A stretch of 63,177 bases of DNA, the filler included, from Saprolegnia diclina VS20 (lineage: Eukaryota), in assembly GCF_000281045.1 (NCBI RefSeq). It is 5 parts of 5 records of this genome, joined end to end, with 100 filler letters (N's around TTAATTAATTAA, not from the genome) between each part and the next. Parts side by side here need not be neighbours in the genome. Positions count along the whole stretch, not along the records: positions 33,027 to 47,878 come from NW_008246269.1; positions 47,979 to 60,183 come from NW_008246272.1; 3 more parts are not named here. The stretch is one strand, 5' to 3'. How positions within the stretch are numbered: position 1 is the stretch's first letter; each line of letters opens with the position of its first letter. The translations under genes were made by a program, and so were the position numbers. Below the pieces are notes generated by a model. The model saw only the letters and a list, made by a program, of their open reading frames with translations, did no database searches and had not been told where the DNA came from. Of the stretch, positions 39,280 through 51,720 are shown in pieces.

Positions 39280-41448
39280 ATATCGCACCGGCGGCGGCAG
39301 CCACATGCGATACTCGTGTCGACGTCGAGGGCCTTGCAGCGTGCGAGCACAAACTGCAGCCGATCGACCATGCTTGGTGTCGGCTCCTGACAGACAACGC
39401 AAGCTACTTGTCGGACAGGCGTCAAGTTTTCACAGGATCGGCACACCGTGTCGCTGGCCTACGACATGTCCCGCGTCAAAGTGGTCAGAAGAGAGAGCAG
39501 GGTACCGGCACATTCTGGCGCAAGAGCTGCGCTGCGAGACCACTTGGGGCTGGGACGTTGCGGACTTCGTAGCCCAAACGCTCGACGATTGCAATCGCCG
39601 TCGGTCGGCTTGTCGCCAGTTTTTGCTTGCACGCGGCTGCGAGTGGCGCCAGCCACGGCGCGTCGTTCGCGTCCGAGACCAACACACGAAGCTCGTCGAG
39701 GACGACGCCAAACGAGAACATGTCGGCGGCACAGTCGTAGATGCCACCGGTGACGCTGACCTCGGGCGCGCGCCACTTTAGCGTACCCACGTTGGTCGTC
39801 AAGTTGTCGTTGAGCTCACGCACTGTGCCGAGGTCGCCGAGCTTGATGCCGTTCCGACCGCAAAGGAAAATGTTGAGGCTCTTGACGTCGCGGTGCATGA
39901 GACCTTGGCGGTGGAAGTCCCACAGGGCATTCACCAGCACCCACGCCACGTTTAGAGCCATGACGGTCCCATCTTGGCGCACATTAGCTTGTCGGTCGTC
40001 GAGGTACTTCATAAGGTCGCCGTCGGTCATGAGCTCGAGGATCATTTGTGGCTTGTGCGGAGTAACGTCGACCGCAGCGAGGAGCGGCAGCACGTACGGC
40101 GACTTAAACCTACAACCCCGTTTGTGAACCAGTCCACCACCGATATGACCTACCGCCGCATCACGTTAATCTCATCCCGAAATTGTTTGAATTGGTTCCG
40201 GTAATGTGGACTTTTGACCGCGACGGCGAGTTTGCGGTACGAAGCCCTGACGACTTTCCCGCCAGTTCCATGGCCTAGACTCTGTTCCTCACTTCGATCA
40301 ATGTCAGCATCGGTGGCCTAAATAGCATGATGCATGTAGTATCGAGATACGTAAGACAAGTTACCTCGTGGGGCTCGCCGTAAAGCGCCTTGTAGAGGAG
40401 ACGCGCGATGCGTCGAAGACCACGCTGGTTGGCCAGCGCCAAAAGTGACACACCGCCCTAACCAATGACGCGGTTAGCACCCACACAGGCATAGCAAACT
40501 CGGTACAAGTCCCTGAACGGCCGCGTTCGCCCCAGCGTCGAGGAGGCACTCGACCGCAGACGTAGCACCACGGGCAACAGCTCGAGCCAGGATCGACGTG
40601 CCGTCCTAGATGCAGTCGTCGATTGCCAGCACGGGTCATCGCGATGCGATGTGTTTACCCCATCCAGCTGCTCGAGATCCATGTTTGGCGCAGCGAGGAG
40701 GGCGGCAAGGACGCTGGTGTCGACGTTGTTGATGGCCATATCCAGCAGCGACGTATCTCTCTACAGCACCATGTGAGTTGAGGCTAGGGGACGATGCAAA
40801 AGATCCAGACTGTGGCGCCAAAGGCGACGAGCGTTCGAATGACGTCGCAGTGGCCTTGTGCCACAGCGAGCATTAGCGGTGTGGATGCCTCCTACAGTAG
40901 CGCGCGCCAGTAAGCATGTCAGTCGAAGTGCGAGACGGAACCGCGTTGGTTGCATTGACGTCCGCGGTTGGACTTGCGAGTAGGAGAGTAACAATGCTTG
41001 CGTCGCCTCGCGTAGCCGCCTCGTGCAACGGCGAGGTGCCCGTCTACACTAGCATAACGGAATGTGTTGGCGAATGATTCGCGTACGCTCGAGACGACGG
41101 AGACGGCCGCAAACACTCTGCGGTCCTGCACGAGCACCTTGACCAGTCGTGGCTGGTTGCTTGTCACTGCAGCCAAAAGCATTCTGTGACACACCTACCC
41201 CTCGTGGTTTCAGACATTTCGCGATCGGTCACATTGCGTTTTTACGTCGCTGGCGAGGGATCCTCTGACGGCGCCGAGGTGCGTGACCACGCTCTGCAGC
41301 AAGTCGGCGTCACATGCTTCGATCGCGTGGTCCAACAGCATCGCCTACGCCAAGGCTTCATTAAGTCACAACAGCGGTCCAGTACCACGGTGTCGTTGTT
41401 GGTGGGGACAGCCACATCATCGTCGGAGAGCAGCAGCGTTTTGGTCAT
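39280..41448 (-). CDS. Ankyrin-like repeats + TKL kinase + C-terminal CxxC zinc ribbons, multi-exon; 3' end in gap
   Basis: LGHGTGGKV..VAVK, HRDVKSLN, KLGDLG, GTLKWRAPE, ADMFSFG. After an intron at about 39459-39506 comes CRSC..CVVC. Ankyrin-like exons at 40.4-41.4 kb. Confidence 0.75.
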
Positions 41449-41808
41449 CTCCCAATTGTTTTGTTGGATTGCGTCAGAGAGCTTCTAGTCCGTCAACTGA
41501 CGTGAGCGGGCAAAAGCATCGCACGACGCATCATCACCTTGGCACGGTTTCTTGCGTCGGGCCCCTCGGTCGTTGCTGGCGCGATCTGGTGATGGGCGCC
41601 GATGGTACGTCTGCGGCTGCGCACTGCTGCAACCAAGAGCGTCACGAGGATGACTACCACCGTAAACACCGTTGTCCCGTCAACCTACACCGGCCCGTGT
41701 AGGTTTGTTTAAGTGAGATGCGAATACGTACCGAGTAGATTGCGCTGGAAGGCACAGCCCGAATGGTGAGCTCGTTTTGGAGGTTGGTGGCATCATGTGT
41801 CAGCGCCG

Positions 41809-42340
41809 TCAAGTACGCCATCGTCTACATGGCCAGAACGATGCTGCGGAAGCGCACAAACACATAGATACCGCCACGTCCTCCTTCGTAAACTTGAGCT
41901 GGAGGCTGCTGGCCGCGACGTGCGGCCGCAGCATCCGGAGCACGTCGTCACGGCCGTTTATCTTGGCCTGCAAAAGCGCCATCGCGAGCGTCTCGGGCGA
42001 TTGTCTTGGTAAGAAAGCTCCCAGCAGCGTGTCGACATGGCCCGAGTTGCCGAAGCACGCGGCCAGCTGCAGCAACTACAGTCGATCATATATTCAAACA
42101 ATGGAAAAGACAATAGATGCACCGTGTCCGCCGTCAGTGTTGCTGCTTCGAGCAGCACCGCAGCGACCTCGACATGGCCTCGATCGACGGCCAATTGAAG
42201 TGCTGTCTTGCCCTCCTAGAAAAATATATACCATCTTTATACGCGGCGATTTTGTGGCGATGTCTCGGCCGGTACCTGTGTCGTGGCCAGGACATTGGCT
42301 TTGGCGGCCAAAAGGTACTGGACCGCGTCTTCACGGCCGT
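41809..42340 (-). pseudogene. Ankyrin-like coding fragment
   Basis: MAVDRGHVEVAAVLLEA and LQLAACFGNSGHVDTLL..ALLQAKINGRDDVLRML in separate frames. Confidence 0.45.
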
Positions 42341-43393
42341 GAGCCGCAGCGACGTGTAGTGCAGTCTCGCCGTCCTAGCGCAAGCAAATTAAGATTACAA
42401 TCGAGTGGCNNNNNNNNNNNNNNNNNNNNNNNNNNNNNNNNNNNNNNNNNNNNNNNNNNNNNNNNNNNNNNNNNNNNNNNNNNNNNNNNNNNNNNNNNNN
42501 NNNNNNNNNNNNNNNNNNNNNNNNNNNNNNNNNNNNNNNNNNNNNNNNNNNNNNNNNNNNNNNNNNNNNNNNNNNNNNNNNNNNNNNNNNNNNNNNNNNN
42601 NNNNNNNNNNNNNNNNNNNNNNNNNNNNNNNNNNNNNNNNNNNNNNNNNNNNNNNNNNNNNNNNNNNNNNNNNNNNNNNNNNNNNNNNNNNNNNNNNNNN
42701 NNNNNNNNNNNNNNNNNNNNNNNNNNNNNNNNNNNNNNNNNNNNNNNNNNNNNNNNNNNNNNNNNNNNNNNNNNNNNNNNNNNNNNNNNNNNNNNNNNNN
42801 NNNNNNNNNNNNNNNNNNNNNNNNNNNNNNNNNNNNNNNNNNNNNNNNNNNNNNNNNNNNNNNNNNNNNNNNNNNNNNNNNNNNNNNNNNNNNNNNNNNN
42901 NNNNNNNNNNNNNNNNNNNNNNNNNNNNNNNNNNNNNNNNNNNNNNNNNNNNNNNNNNNNNNNNNNNNNNNNNNNNNNNNNNNNNNNNNNNNNNNNNNNN
43001 NNNNNNNNNNNNNNNNNNNNNNNNNNNNNNNNNNNNNNNNNNNNNNNNNNNNNNNNNNNNNNNNNNNNNNNNNNNNNNNNNNNNNNNNNNNNNNNNNNNN
43101 NNNNNNNNNNNNNNNNNNNNNNNNNNNNNNNNNNNNNNNNNNNNNNNNNNNNNNNNNNNNNNNNNNNNNNNNNNNNNNNNNNNNNNNNNNNNNNNNNNNN
43201 NNNNNNNNNNNNNNNNNNNNNNNNNNNNNNNNNNNNNNNNNNNNNNNNNNNNNNNNNNNNNNNNNNNNNNNNNNNNNNNNNNNNNNNNNNNNNNNNNNNN
43301 NNNNNNNNNNNNNNNNNNNNNNNNNNNNNNNNNNNNNNNNNNNNNNNNNNNNNNNNNNNNNNNNNNNNNNNNNNNNNNNNNNNNNNNNNNNNN

Positions 43394-44963
43394 TGGCGTC
43401 CGACCATCCTAGCCCGACATGTACATTCATGTAAGATCTCGAGCATACACATACCTTGTCCTTGGCGTCAATGACAGCGCCCTTGTCGAGCAAAAGGCGG
43501 GCAGTCTCCACGTGACCATTCTCAGCAGCAACGTGCAGTGGCGTTCCATCATGCTACGCCAGTGCAAAGTGTCATCACTGTCAAGATCCACCGTACCTCG
43601 CCCTTGGCGTTGACGCTGTGGCCTTCGTACAGACGGAATCGCACGGCATCCGCGTCACCGTCTCTTGCAGCCAAGAAAAGTCTTTGCTACATCCGCGTCC
43701 ATGAGTCCTTTGTCGACTCTGCTACAGCAACGGTACCGGCGACAAAGGGTCGGCTCGGGTCCAGAGAAGAAGTAGGTATAAATTGTACAACAGTGCTCCC
43801 AGCAGGTACGAAGTCCCCATGTAGAGCTGGTACCCGACACCAAGCATCACGAGGAAGAGCTGGTACACGACCCAAAGCATCACGAGGAAGAGTTTGTACA
43901 CGACCCAAAGCGCGATCGCAAAGAGTAGCAAAGCTGCAGCGTACAACACATACGTGAAACATGCATACATCGACATGGAGGCCACAAGTAGCAGCGCTGC
44001 CAAGGGCTACGCAGATCGTACGTGGTGACGTCCGGTGGTATATTCACATAACGTTGTACCTCATTGTTGTTTTCCTTGGAGGAGAGAAGCAAGGCGACGT
44101 GGAAATGAAGCTCACTTTTTGCAAGCGCGAGTGGCGTCTCGTCATTCTACAAGAGACAAAATATGTCGTTCATCAAATTTTGAGAATGGGACACATTGTT
44201 CGGATTCGGTTCCAGTGACATACCCCATTTTTTGCTGTGACGTCCGCGCCCTTTTCGAGCAAAAGGCGTACGACATCCAAGGAACCATACCGAGCAGCAA
44301 CGTGCAATGGTGTGTCACCACGCTACGCCAACACACAGAATATACGCATGAGCCAACGCAATAGTTACGTCGTTTTTGGCGGCGATGGCAGCGCCCTTCT
44401 CGAGCAACAGGTCGGCGGCGTCATATTGGCCTGTAGAAGGAGCAACGTGCAATGGCGTGTCACCACGCTACGCCAACACACAGAATACGCAGGTGAGCGA
44501 GGCAGCACATACCTTGGTTTTGGCGGCGATGGCAGCGCCCTTTTCGAGCAACAGGCGTACGACGGCCAAGTGACCATGCAGAGCAGCAACGTGCAATGGT
44601 GTTTCACCATCCTACGCCAACACACAGAATATACGCAGGAGCTAACGCAATAGTTACGTCGTTTTTGGCGGCGATGGCAGCGCCCCTCGTGAGCAACAGG
44701 CCGACGGCGCCATATTGGCCTTGAGAAGCAGCAACGTGCAATGGCGTCCAACGCGTCTACGTCGACAATGTGTAGGGTCATATATCGCGCGCAACTTCCG
44801 ACGTACGTTGCTCGTGCAGTTGACGTCGGCGCCGTCGTCGAGACAGGATCGGATAACATCCAACTTGCCATCTCTCGCAGCGTCGCAAAGGCTTCCCTAC
44901 AGCCACATAGATCAGTCGTCTCTTATCCTCGACGACCTCTTGCTTGGTCAGCGATGCCCCCAT
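43394..44963 (-). CDS. Ankyrin-repeat membrane protein, copy B (ANK array - hydrophobic exon - ANK array); 3' end in gap
   Basis: Manual splicing gives an open frame: MGASLTKQE | [10 protein letters not shown].. | TRWTPLH.. | DGETPLH.. | RGDTPLH.. | RGDTPLH.. | NDETPLALA.. | hydrophobic exon | [10 protein letters not shown].. | HDGTPLH.. | DGRTP. All introns are phase-0 GT-AG. Confidence 0.8.
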
Positions 44964-45146
44964 TTGCCAAGTGACAATCAATCTTGCGTTTCATTGGGTG
45001 GGCTGCAGGAAGAGGAAAAATCTATCATTTATTTTATCTCTATCGTTTAATTGAATAACGATCTTCTATCTTTTAATTGAACAACGACTTTTTGCGCAGC
45101 GATAGCACGGTCGGGCCAAATGAAGTCGCAACATGGTGTTCCGGCG

Positions 45147-46489
45147 GGGGCGAACCTTCCATACGTGTTGCATCCAAACAGAAGTCGCATCATCTGATTG
45201 GGCGAGAGGGACATATATGGGCCATAAATCGCTGCTTTCTATTGGTGGAACCTTAATAGTGTGACGCATGACGCAGGCAACGTGTCCAGCCGGGAAGCGC
45301 GCCGCGCTCTTGCTCACGTGCTCAGCGCGTCGCAGTCATCAGTTCCGACCAACCTGTGCTCGAATCTTGCATGATGATTGTGCAAAGCTTTATATATTGA
45401 CTGATGAATACGATATATGACTATGGTAGCTTATAATGTGCTTTGCAGGCGTTGTGCATCTCGATCCTGCCGCCAACCACATCTTCTCGCACACGGCGGG
45501 TATGATTGCTTGCCTACCTTCGCGACGACAAGAAGAGGACACGTCCCGTCGCATGCCTTCTTGCACGCTCGGTCCAATCGGTACCACGTGTAGAGGCCGA
45601 CTTCGCACGTGGCGGCCAACTTGTCGAGTTGTTGAGGGTGACTTGACGCCGGGGCATGTTCTTGTCATCGCGCTTGCGCTTCTTGCACCGAGTCGTCGGG
45701 GGAAGTACTTGTGTGTTGCAAGTAGTCGCGCGGTTTACTTCAACGTCGATGAGTTGACTTGACTGCATGTGAGCCACATCGCAGAGACCCAGATCCACAG
45801 AGCCTTGGTCTGGTGGACGCTGAGCGCGCTGTACAGCAGCAGTATCAAGCGCAGCCGGTTGGGAGCTGACAGTGGATGAAAAGCCCTTGCGCGCCGTTCG
45901 CATCGTTGTCAAGGCGTCGCGGATGCCGCCGAAAGAGGTGCGACTTGGATGCGAGACGACGGCGATCGCGCGGGGCGTACGGGCAGTACACCGTGTGCTG
46001 CCGGCGGATCCCGCAGAGGATGCAGACCGGAACTCCATTCGGTGCTACGACCCGAGTCTTCGGGCCCGGTCGATCCGCTCGGACTCGCGCTCGGACCTTG
46101 CGCGTGCGCTCTTCCATCTCTCTGTGGCTCTGAGGCACAGGAGACTCTCGCCAGGAAATTAGAAGTCGCGTCCAATGAATGTGCAGCAACCGGAAGTCTC
46201 CGCCAGTCATATTGAGTATATCATTTCTTAGCTATTTGATTGGTAAAAAAAGGCTCAGAGGGGTAGGTCTAGAGTTTGTCGGGTTGCAATTACTTGGTTC
46301 ATACAAATTTTAAGTTTAATTTATGGATAAGGCCCTTGTCGTGCTACCAGCCACGAGAGCGCAGTGCTGGTGTGTACCAGCTAAAACACACAACGAGTGC
46401 CCGGTTTCCCAGTGGCTTCCTTCCTTCTCTTTTCTCTCGCGCCGTGTCCATAAAATTTTAGATTGCAACATTTATGGTGCATTCGCCCC
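45147..46489. mobile_element. Non-autonomous TIR DNA transposon, about 1.34 kb, with 4-bp TSD GGCG
   Basis: Left end GGGGCGAACCTTCCATACGTGTTGCATCCAAA; reverse complement of right end GGGGCGAATGCACCATAAATGTTGCAATCTAAA. GGCG at 45143-45146 and 46490-46493. Absent in copy A. Confidence 0.75.
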
Positions 46490-47978
46490 GGCGGGAAGGG
46501 TCAAATTCGGTTAAGTACGAGTGGCAGGTCAATGTCGTATTGTTGACTTGGTGTTTGTAACAACGTTCCAAGTGCGAAAGCGTACTTACGCGAACTGTGC
46601 GGAAGCGCGGTTGGGACACATGCCATGCACGCAGCGCCAATCCCGAGCGTAGCGTGTGCACTTGCTCTAGTGCACGACAGCGCGGGACCTCATACTACGC
46701 GTGGTGTTAGATCAATGAGTTCGATCGCGATGTTAGAATCGTATCTGGATGTTACGTTCGCTTTGGAGGCTTCAATTGCACTTCGCGCCAAGCACAGAGC
46801 AGAAGATCCGATCATGGTGCGGACGCCAGCTTCTGGGGCCGAGCGCAAGTGCGAGCAGCAGAAGCGCCAAGCTGCACGCGCCCTGGCAACAGCGACTGCG
46901 ATCGAGGAGGCCAAGGAGCTCAAGCGGAAGATCGCCGCGGGGCAGAGGCGACGGCAGCGAACCACGGCATCTCCAGGCGAAGCGCGCGCGTGCAGCGGCC
47001 GCGCCTGTCACAGTAGAATTGCTGGGCCTGTACCTCCGAGTAGCAATTCTTTAAACCACCTCATAAACGTTATACGCCCTGCAATGTTGATCATGCTGTT
47101 GTGGCCTCTATGCGTGAAGCGTCCTGCTATAGTATTGGACCCAGATGCCGAAATGATGCAAATGTTGAAGCGGCGAAGAAAGAGCTCTTCCCGGACGGCT
47201 CTAGCAATAACAACCCACATCGAAGCGAGATCGGGACAATGCGCCACCCCACCGCACAATGGAAAATGAAATTGACGATGACACTACTGAAGCCACATAA
47301 AGAATCCACCAGGTGCAGTGTCGTTTCCGGCAGAAGTCGGCAGCGGCCCGCTGGGCTCCGCAACGAAGCGGAGGTCGCGTCCGTCGCACGCGTCCATCAC
47401 ACACTCGCCATGTGAATGCGTGTTTGCAGCAAGAAGGGTGCGTTGGACGTGCATAGTACTGTAAGGGTGGACGGCATCCACACAGCTACGACATAGACAT
47501 ACCGCTAGGTTGCACGCGGCCCCGATACCAAACTGAAATCAAAAAGCGCGACAGCACCTGCACAAACCTTCGACACGGATCAAACCATTGCGCATGCTAC
47601 ACAGAAAGACCGCTAGATGGCCCACCGGCCCTATGCCCGACCTCAACCACAAAGACCAATCACACTCTGCCCCAAGAAAACCCGAGGTTTGGGGCAGGGT
47701 ACGTTGAACTTCAATGCATATGATTCCGTCCACCGGCGAGTCCAAACTACGTCACACGTAGGACACGAACCCACCGCTAGATTGCACGCTACCCCAATGC
47801 AAAACCTCAACCAAAGAGCTCGACCAAAACCGGCCCCCACATGAGATTAACTCTAGTGTCAGTGTATGGGAACATGTGNNNNNNNNNNNNNNNNNNNNNN
47901 NNNNNNNNNNNNNNNNNNNNNNTTAATTAATTAANNNNNNNNNNNNNNNNNNNNNNNNNNNNNNNNNNNNNNNNNNNN

Positions 47979-49922
47979 AGCGCCGGGCGCACCGTGTTGG
48001 CCGTCGTGTGGCAGGCACCCGAGACCATCCCGTCGGCCAGACCCATCTCCACCATGAGCGTACCATAGCACGTCTACACATAGCAGTACGGTGAGCCAAA
48101 CAGTCCGAGACGACGCCAGGTGCACACCGCTTCCGCAGCCGACTCGCGAGCCACTTCACGCGAGACGCCCTTGATCTTGCGCTTCTCGTAGAAACGATCG
48201 GCATACATATCGAGGTCGGCAGACTTGGACGGGTCCACGATGGACGCCGCCGACAAGTCGAGTCGGAGCGTCTTGGCGCGCGCCGCGATCGAGTCGACGT
48301 CACCGAGGATCGTGATCTTGGCAATGTCGCGCCGGAGGACTTCATCAGCGGCTTGGAGAATACGGTCGTCTTCGCCTTCGGTGAGCACAATGTGCTGCTG
48401 CACCGCGCGCGCCTTGGAGAAGAGAAAGTGCTTGAACTGCTTGGGCGTGCGCTTCGTGCTCATTTCCTTCGAGACGCCGCCGACGACCGAGTCGCGCGCG
48501 ACATACTTGTCAAACCTATCGCCAAGTATTAAATACACTGTGTCCGATCGGCATGATGATAACGTACAGAATGTACGACTGCTGGATCTTGGTCCGGCTC
48601 GTGGGCAGAATATCGCACGTGACGCGGCTGAGCGCATTCGCCGTCTTGTACGAGTCACCCTCGACCGTATAAATCGGGATTGTCGCATTGTCGATCTTGG
48701 CCACTAAAAAAGCAAATTTTGTGATTTGCCATCGCCACATTTGGTTGCGAAATATCCTACTGCCGTCGAGAATGTCCTTGACGTGGTCCTGGGGAAACTT
48801 GCCGTTGGTCAAAATCACTGCCGCGACGTTCGGGAGCGCACCCGAGAGCTTACTCACAAGCAGACCCAGCATGACGTCTACATGCGTCATGTGAGATGCC
48901 GATATCGACGCAAGGGTACGTACCCGTGCGGTCGGCCGATACAATGACAAGGAGACCGTCCTCGTGCTTCTTCATGTGCCCAAAGAGGTCTTTGAGGTCG
49001 CTTGTTCCGACAAAGCCGTCGGTGACGACGACGCTGTTGGGCGACGGCGGGCCGTAGAGCTGCGTCGCGTGGAGCTGGTCCACGACCTCGTTCAGGCGCT
49101 TGGACGCAAGGATCGAGTCGAGGGGGAGCGCGCCATGGAAGGTGTTTGCCTCGCCCTTCTGGGCCAAGATGGCCTGCACGCGATTCCGAATGTCGATTGG
49201 GTCTTTCGTGTGCACGCGGTTGGCGATGGAGCCCACGTACGTCAGCCCAGCGTCTTGGACCGCGTCCTTGGCAAGAAGCACACGCGTCACGATCGTGTCG
49301 ACGAGCTTCTGCGTGCGCTCGTCCTCGGAGAGGTTCTCGTCGACCTCGGCATCTGCGAGGTCGCTCGTCAGAAGCACGGGCGCACCAAGCGTCTTGGCCA
49401 GCTCCACGTTGATGTCCCACGCCAGCTCGGGCGCCGACTCGAACATGGCGCCTTCGATGACGACAAAGTCGTGCTTGGCGCGAAGGGCTTCAAACTTGGA
49501 GATGATCGTATCGGTGACCGAGTCGAGGTCGCCCTTGAGTCGGGCTTGGACCACATCGTCGTTGTAGAGACCGACGAGCTGGTCCTTCTCCTCCGGGAGC
49601 TTGAACTCGGACTTCATGACCTCGACGTGGTGGTCGGACACGCGCGGGTTCTTGTTGGGCGCGATCGGTCGGAAGTAGCCCACGGACGGGTACTTGACCG
49701 AGAGCGTGTTCATGAGGCCGAGGAGCACGGGCGACTGGTGCGGCGTCGTGTCGTTGGACATGACAAAGACGCGGTCGTTGGCGTGGGGTGCTACACATAC
49801 AGCCGTCAACCTACCTCCTAGATCTCCATGCGCCTACCATCCGAGAAGAGGCGGCTCGTGGCAGCGCGCGCGAGGAGCGCGGACCGGCGCGTCGGTAGCA
49901 AGTGGCGGCTCGCGCGGAGCAT
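47979..49922 (-). CDS. pta: Phosphate acetyltransferase class II (long form), copy 1; C-terminus lost in gap
   Basis: [52 protein letters not shown]. Exon 1 [28 protein letters not shown]. Confidence 0.93.
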
Positions 49923-50431
49923 GCTGACAATCTGAAAATGACGCTGGATCGCATTTCTGTGTCATTTGCGTCTAGCTTTCGGACATATCCTACCTGAATC
50001 CCATAAGTCCGATTTGTAGAGGTTGAGATTCGGCAACGGTTCGAAAACAGGCAACCGGCAACGGTGCGTGTTTTTGCGCAGCGGGTATTTTTATCCCCGA
50101 ACGAATCTGAATAAAATTCACTGGATTTATCCTGACTGGAGATTTGTAAGGGCACCTCGGAATTACGATTAAATACAGTAGAAAGGCTCCCGTTTTCTGG
50201 GCGTCGTGGGCGCTTATCCGGACAAAGATCCGCTTTTCTGACGCACCGGCCGTGGATGTCCCAAGGCGATGTGTTCCACCAATGAGGCGCAGTCATTCTC
50301 GTACTTGCCGCCGCTCGAGCACGCGCCGCCGGCCTGTCGCACTCCGTGTCCTCTCTAACGAACTCGGTCTCCTTCACTGCGCGACGCTTGCCATTATATC
50401 GCAATCAGTTCATATTGCACTTTGAAACACG
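49923..50431. promoter_or_regulatory. Divergent promoter region between pta-1 and ackA, with oomycete Inr/FPR-like motifs
   Basis: TCATTTTCAGATTG just upstream of the pta-1 ATG (minus strand) and TCAGTTCATATTG at about 50405, upstream of the ackA ATG. Confidence 0.5.
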
Positions 50432-51720
50432 ATGGACAAGCTCACCAAGATCCTCGTCCTCAACGCGGGCAGCTCGACGCTCAAGTACAAGCTCTTTGCT
50501 GCGTCGCGCGCCGTGGCCAAGTCGCACCTCTCGCTCGCGCCCATGATCTCGGGCATGGTCGAGATTGGCGAGGTCTCCAAGGTTACGCACAAGACGCACG
50601 GTGAGAACCCCAAGAAGATGGAGCTCCCGGACGCCAAGCTCGACGACCACAAGACTGCGCTCTCGCTCGTCATTGACCTCCTTTGCGACCCGAGCTTTGG
50701 CGGCCTCGCCCACAAGAGCGACATCAACGCCATCGGCCACCGCGTCGTGCACGGCGGCGAACGCTTCTCGGACGCGTCGCTCATCACACCTGTACACTTC
50801 ATGCCCTCCTAGCTCCACTGAGATCTTGTAAATAGGGTATCATGGGCGCGCTGGAAGAGAGCATTGCGCTCGCACCGCTGCACAACCCGGCCAACATCCT
50901 CGGTATCCAAGTCGCGACCGAGCTCCTCGGCGATGCCTGCCCGCAGGTCGCTGTGTTTGACACGGCGTTCCACGCGACAATGCCGCCGTCGGCCTTTCTG
51001 TACGGCCTTCCGTACAACCTGTACAAGGAGCACGGCGTCCGGCGGTACGGCTTCCACGGCACGAGCCACAGCTACGTCGCGGCGCAGGCGGCCAAGCACC
51101 TCAACAAGCCGCTAAGCGAGTGCAACTTTATCACGTGCCACCTCGGAAACGGTGCGAGTGTCACGGCCATCAAGAACGGCCAGAGCATTGACACGAGCAT
51201 GGGCTTGACGCCGCTCGAGGGGCTTGTAATGGGCACGCGGTCCGGCGACATTGACCCGGCGATCCCGACATTTCTCCACAACCACGTGGGCATGAGCTAC
51301 GCCGAGATCGACACGATGCTCAACAAGAAGAGCGGGCTCCTCGGGCTCTCGGGCGACGCCGACATTCGCGTGCTCCAAGACCGGTTCCGCGCCGGCGACG
51401 CCCACGCAGACCTGACGCTCGACGTGTTTGCCCACCGCGTGCGCAAGTACATTGGCGCGTACCTCGTGCAGCTGTCGCCGCGCCTCGACGGCATCATCTT
51501 TACGGGCGGCATTGGCGAGAATTCGTGGATCCTCCGCAACAAAATCCTCAAGGATCTCGCCCACGTCGGCGTCGTCGTCGACAAGAGCCGCAACGAAGTC
51601 GACCTCAACACCAACGTCCTCGAAGTCCACGCCGATACGAGCAGCGTCCCGATCCTCGTCGTGCAAACGGACGAAGAAAAGAGCATTGCGGCCCAGACGT
51701 ACCGCATCGTGCAGGAATAA
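50432..51720 (+). CDS. ackA: Acetate kinase, 2 exons
   Basis: ILVLNAGSSTLKY, GHRVVHGG, APLHNP, VFDTAFH, RRYGFHGTSH, CHLGNGAS, TPLEGLVMGTRSGD, FTGGIGEN, TDEE. Intron at about 50792-50835. Confidence 0.97.

Larger units (their letters stand above)
42316..47460. repeat. Segmental duplication, copy B
   Basis: Same orientation as copy A, about 9 kb downstream. Matching blocks are listed under copy A. Confidence 0.9.

Noticed and set aside
38168..43511. Long ORFs of 330-565 aa in the ORF track
   Set aside because: Produced by reading through N gaps.
44225..44760. Regularly spaced repeats resembling a CRISPR array
   Set aside because: They are ankyrin exons plus duplicated introns. Eukaryotic context, no cas genes.
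48964..49821. Long antisense ORFs over pta, hslU, IDE and the ABC transporter
   Set aside because: Shadow ORFs caused by high GC3 codon bias.
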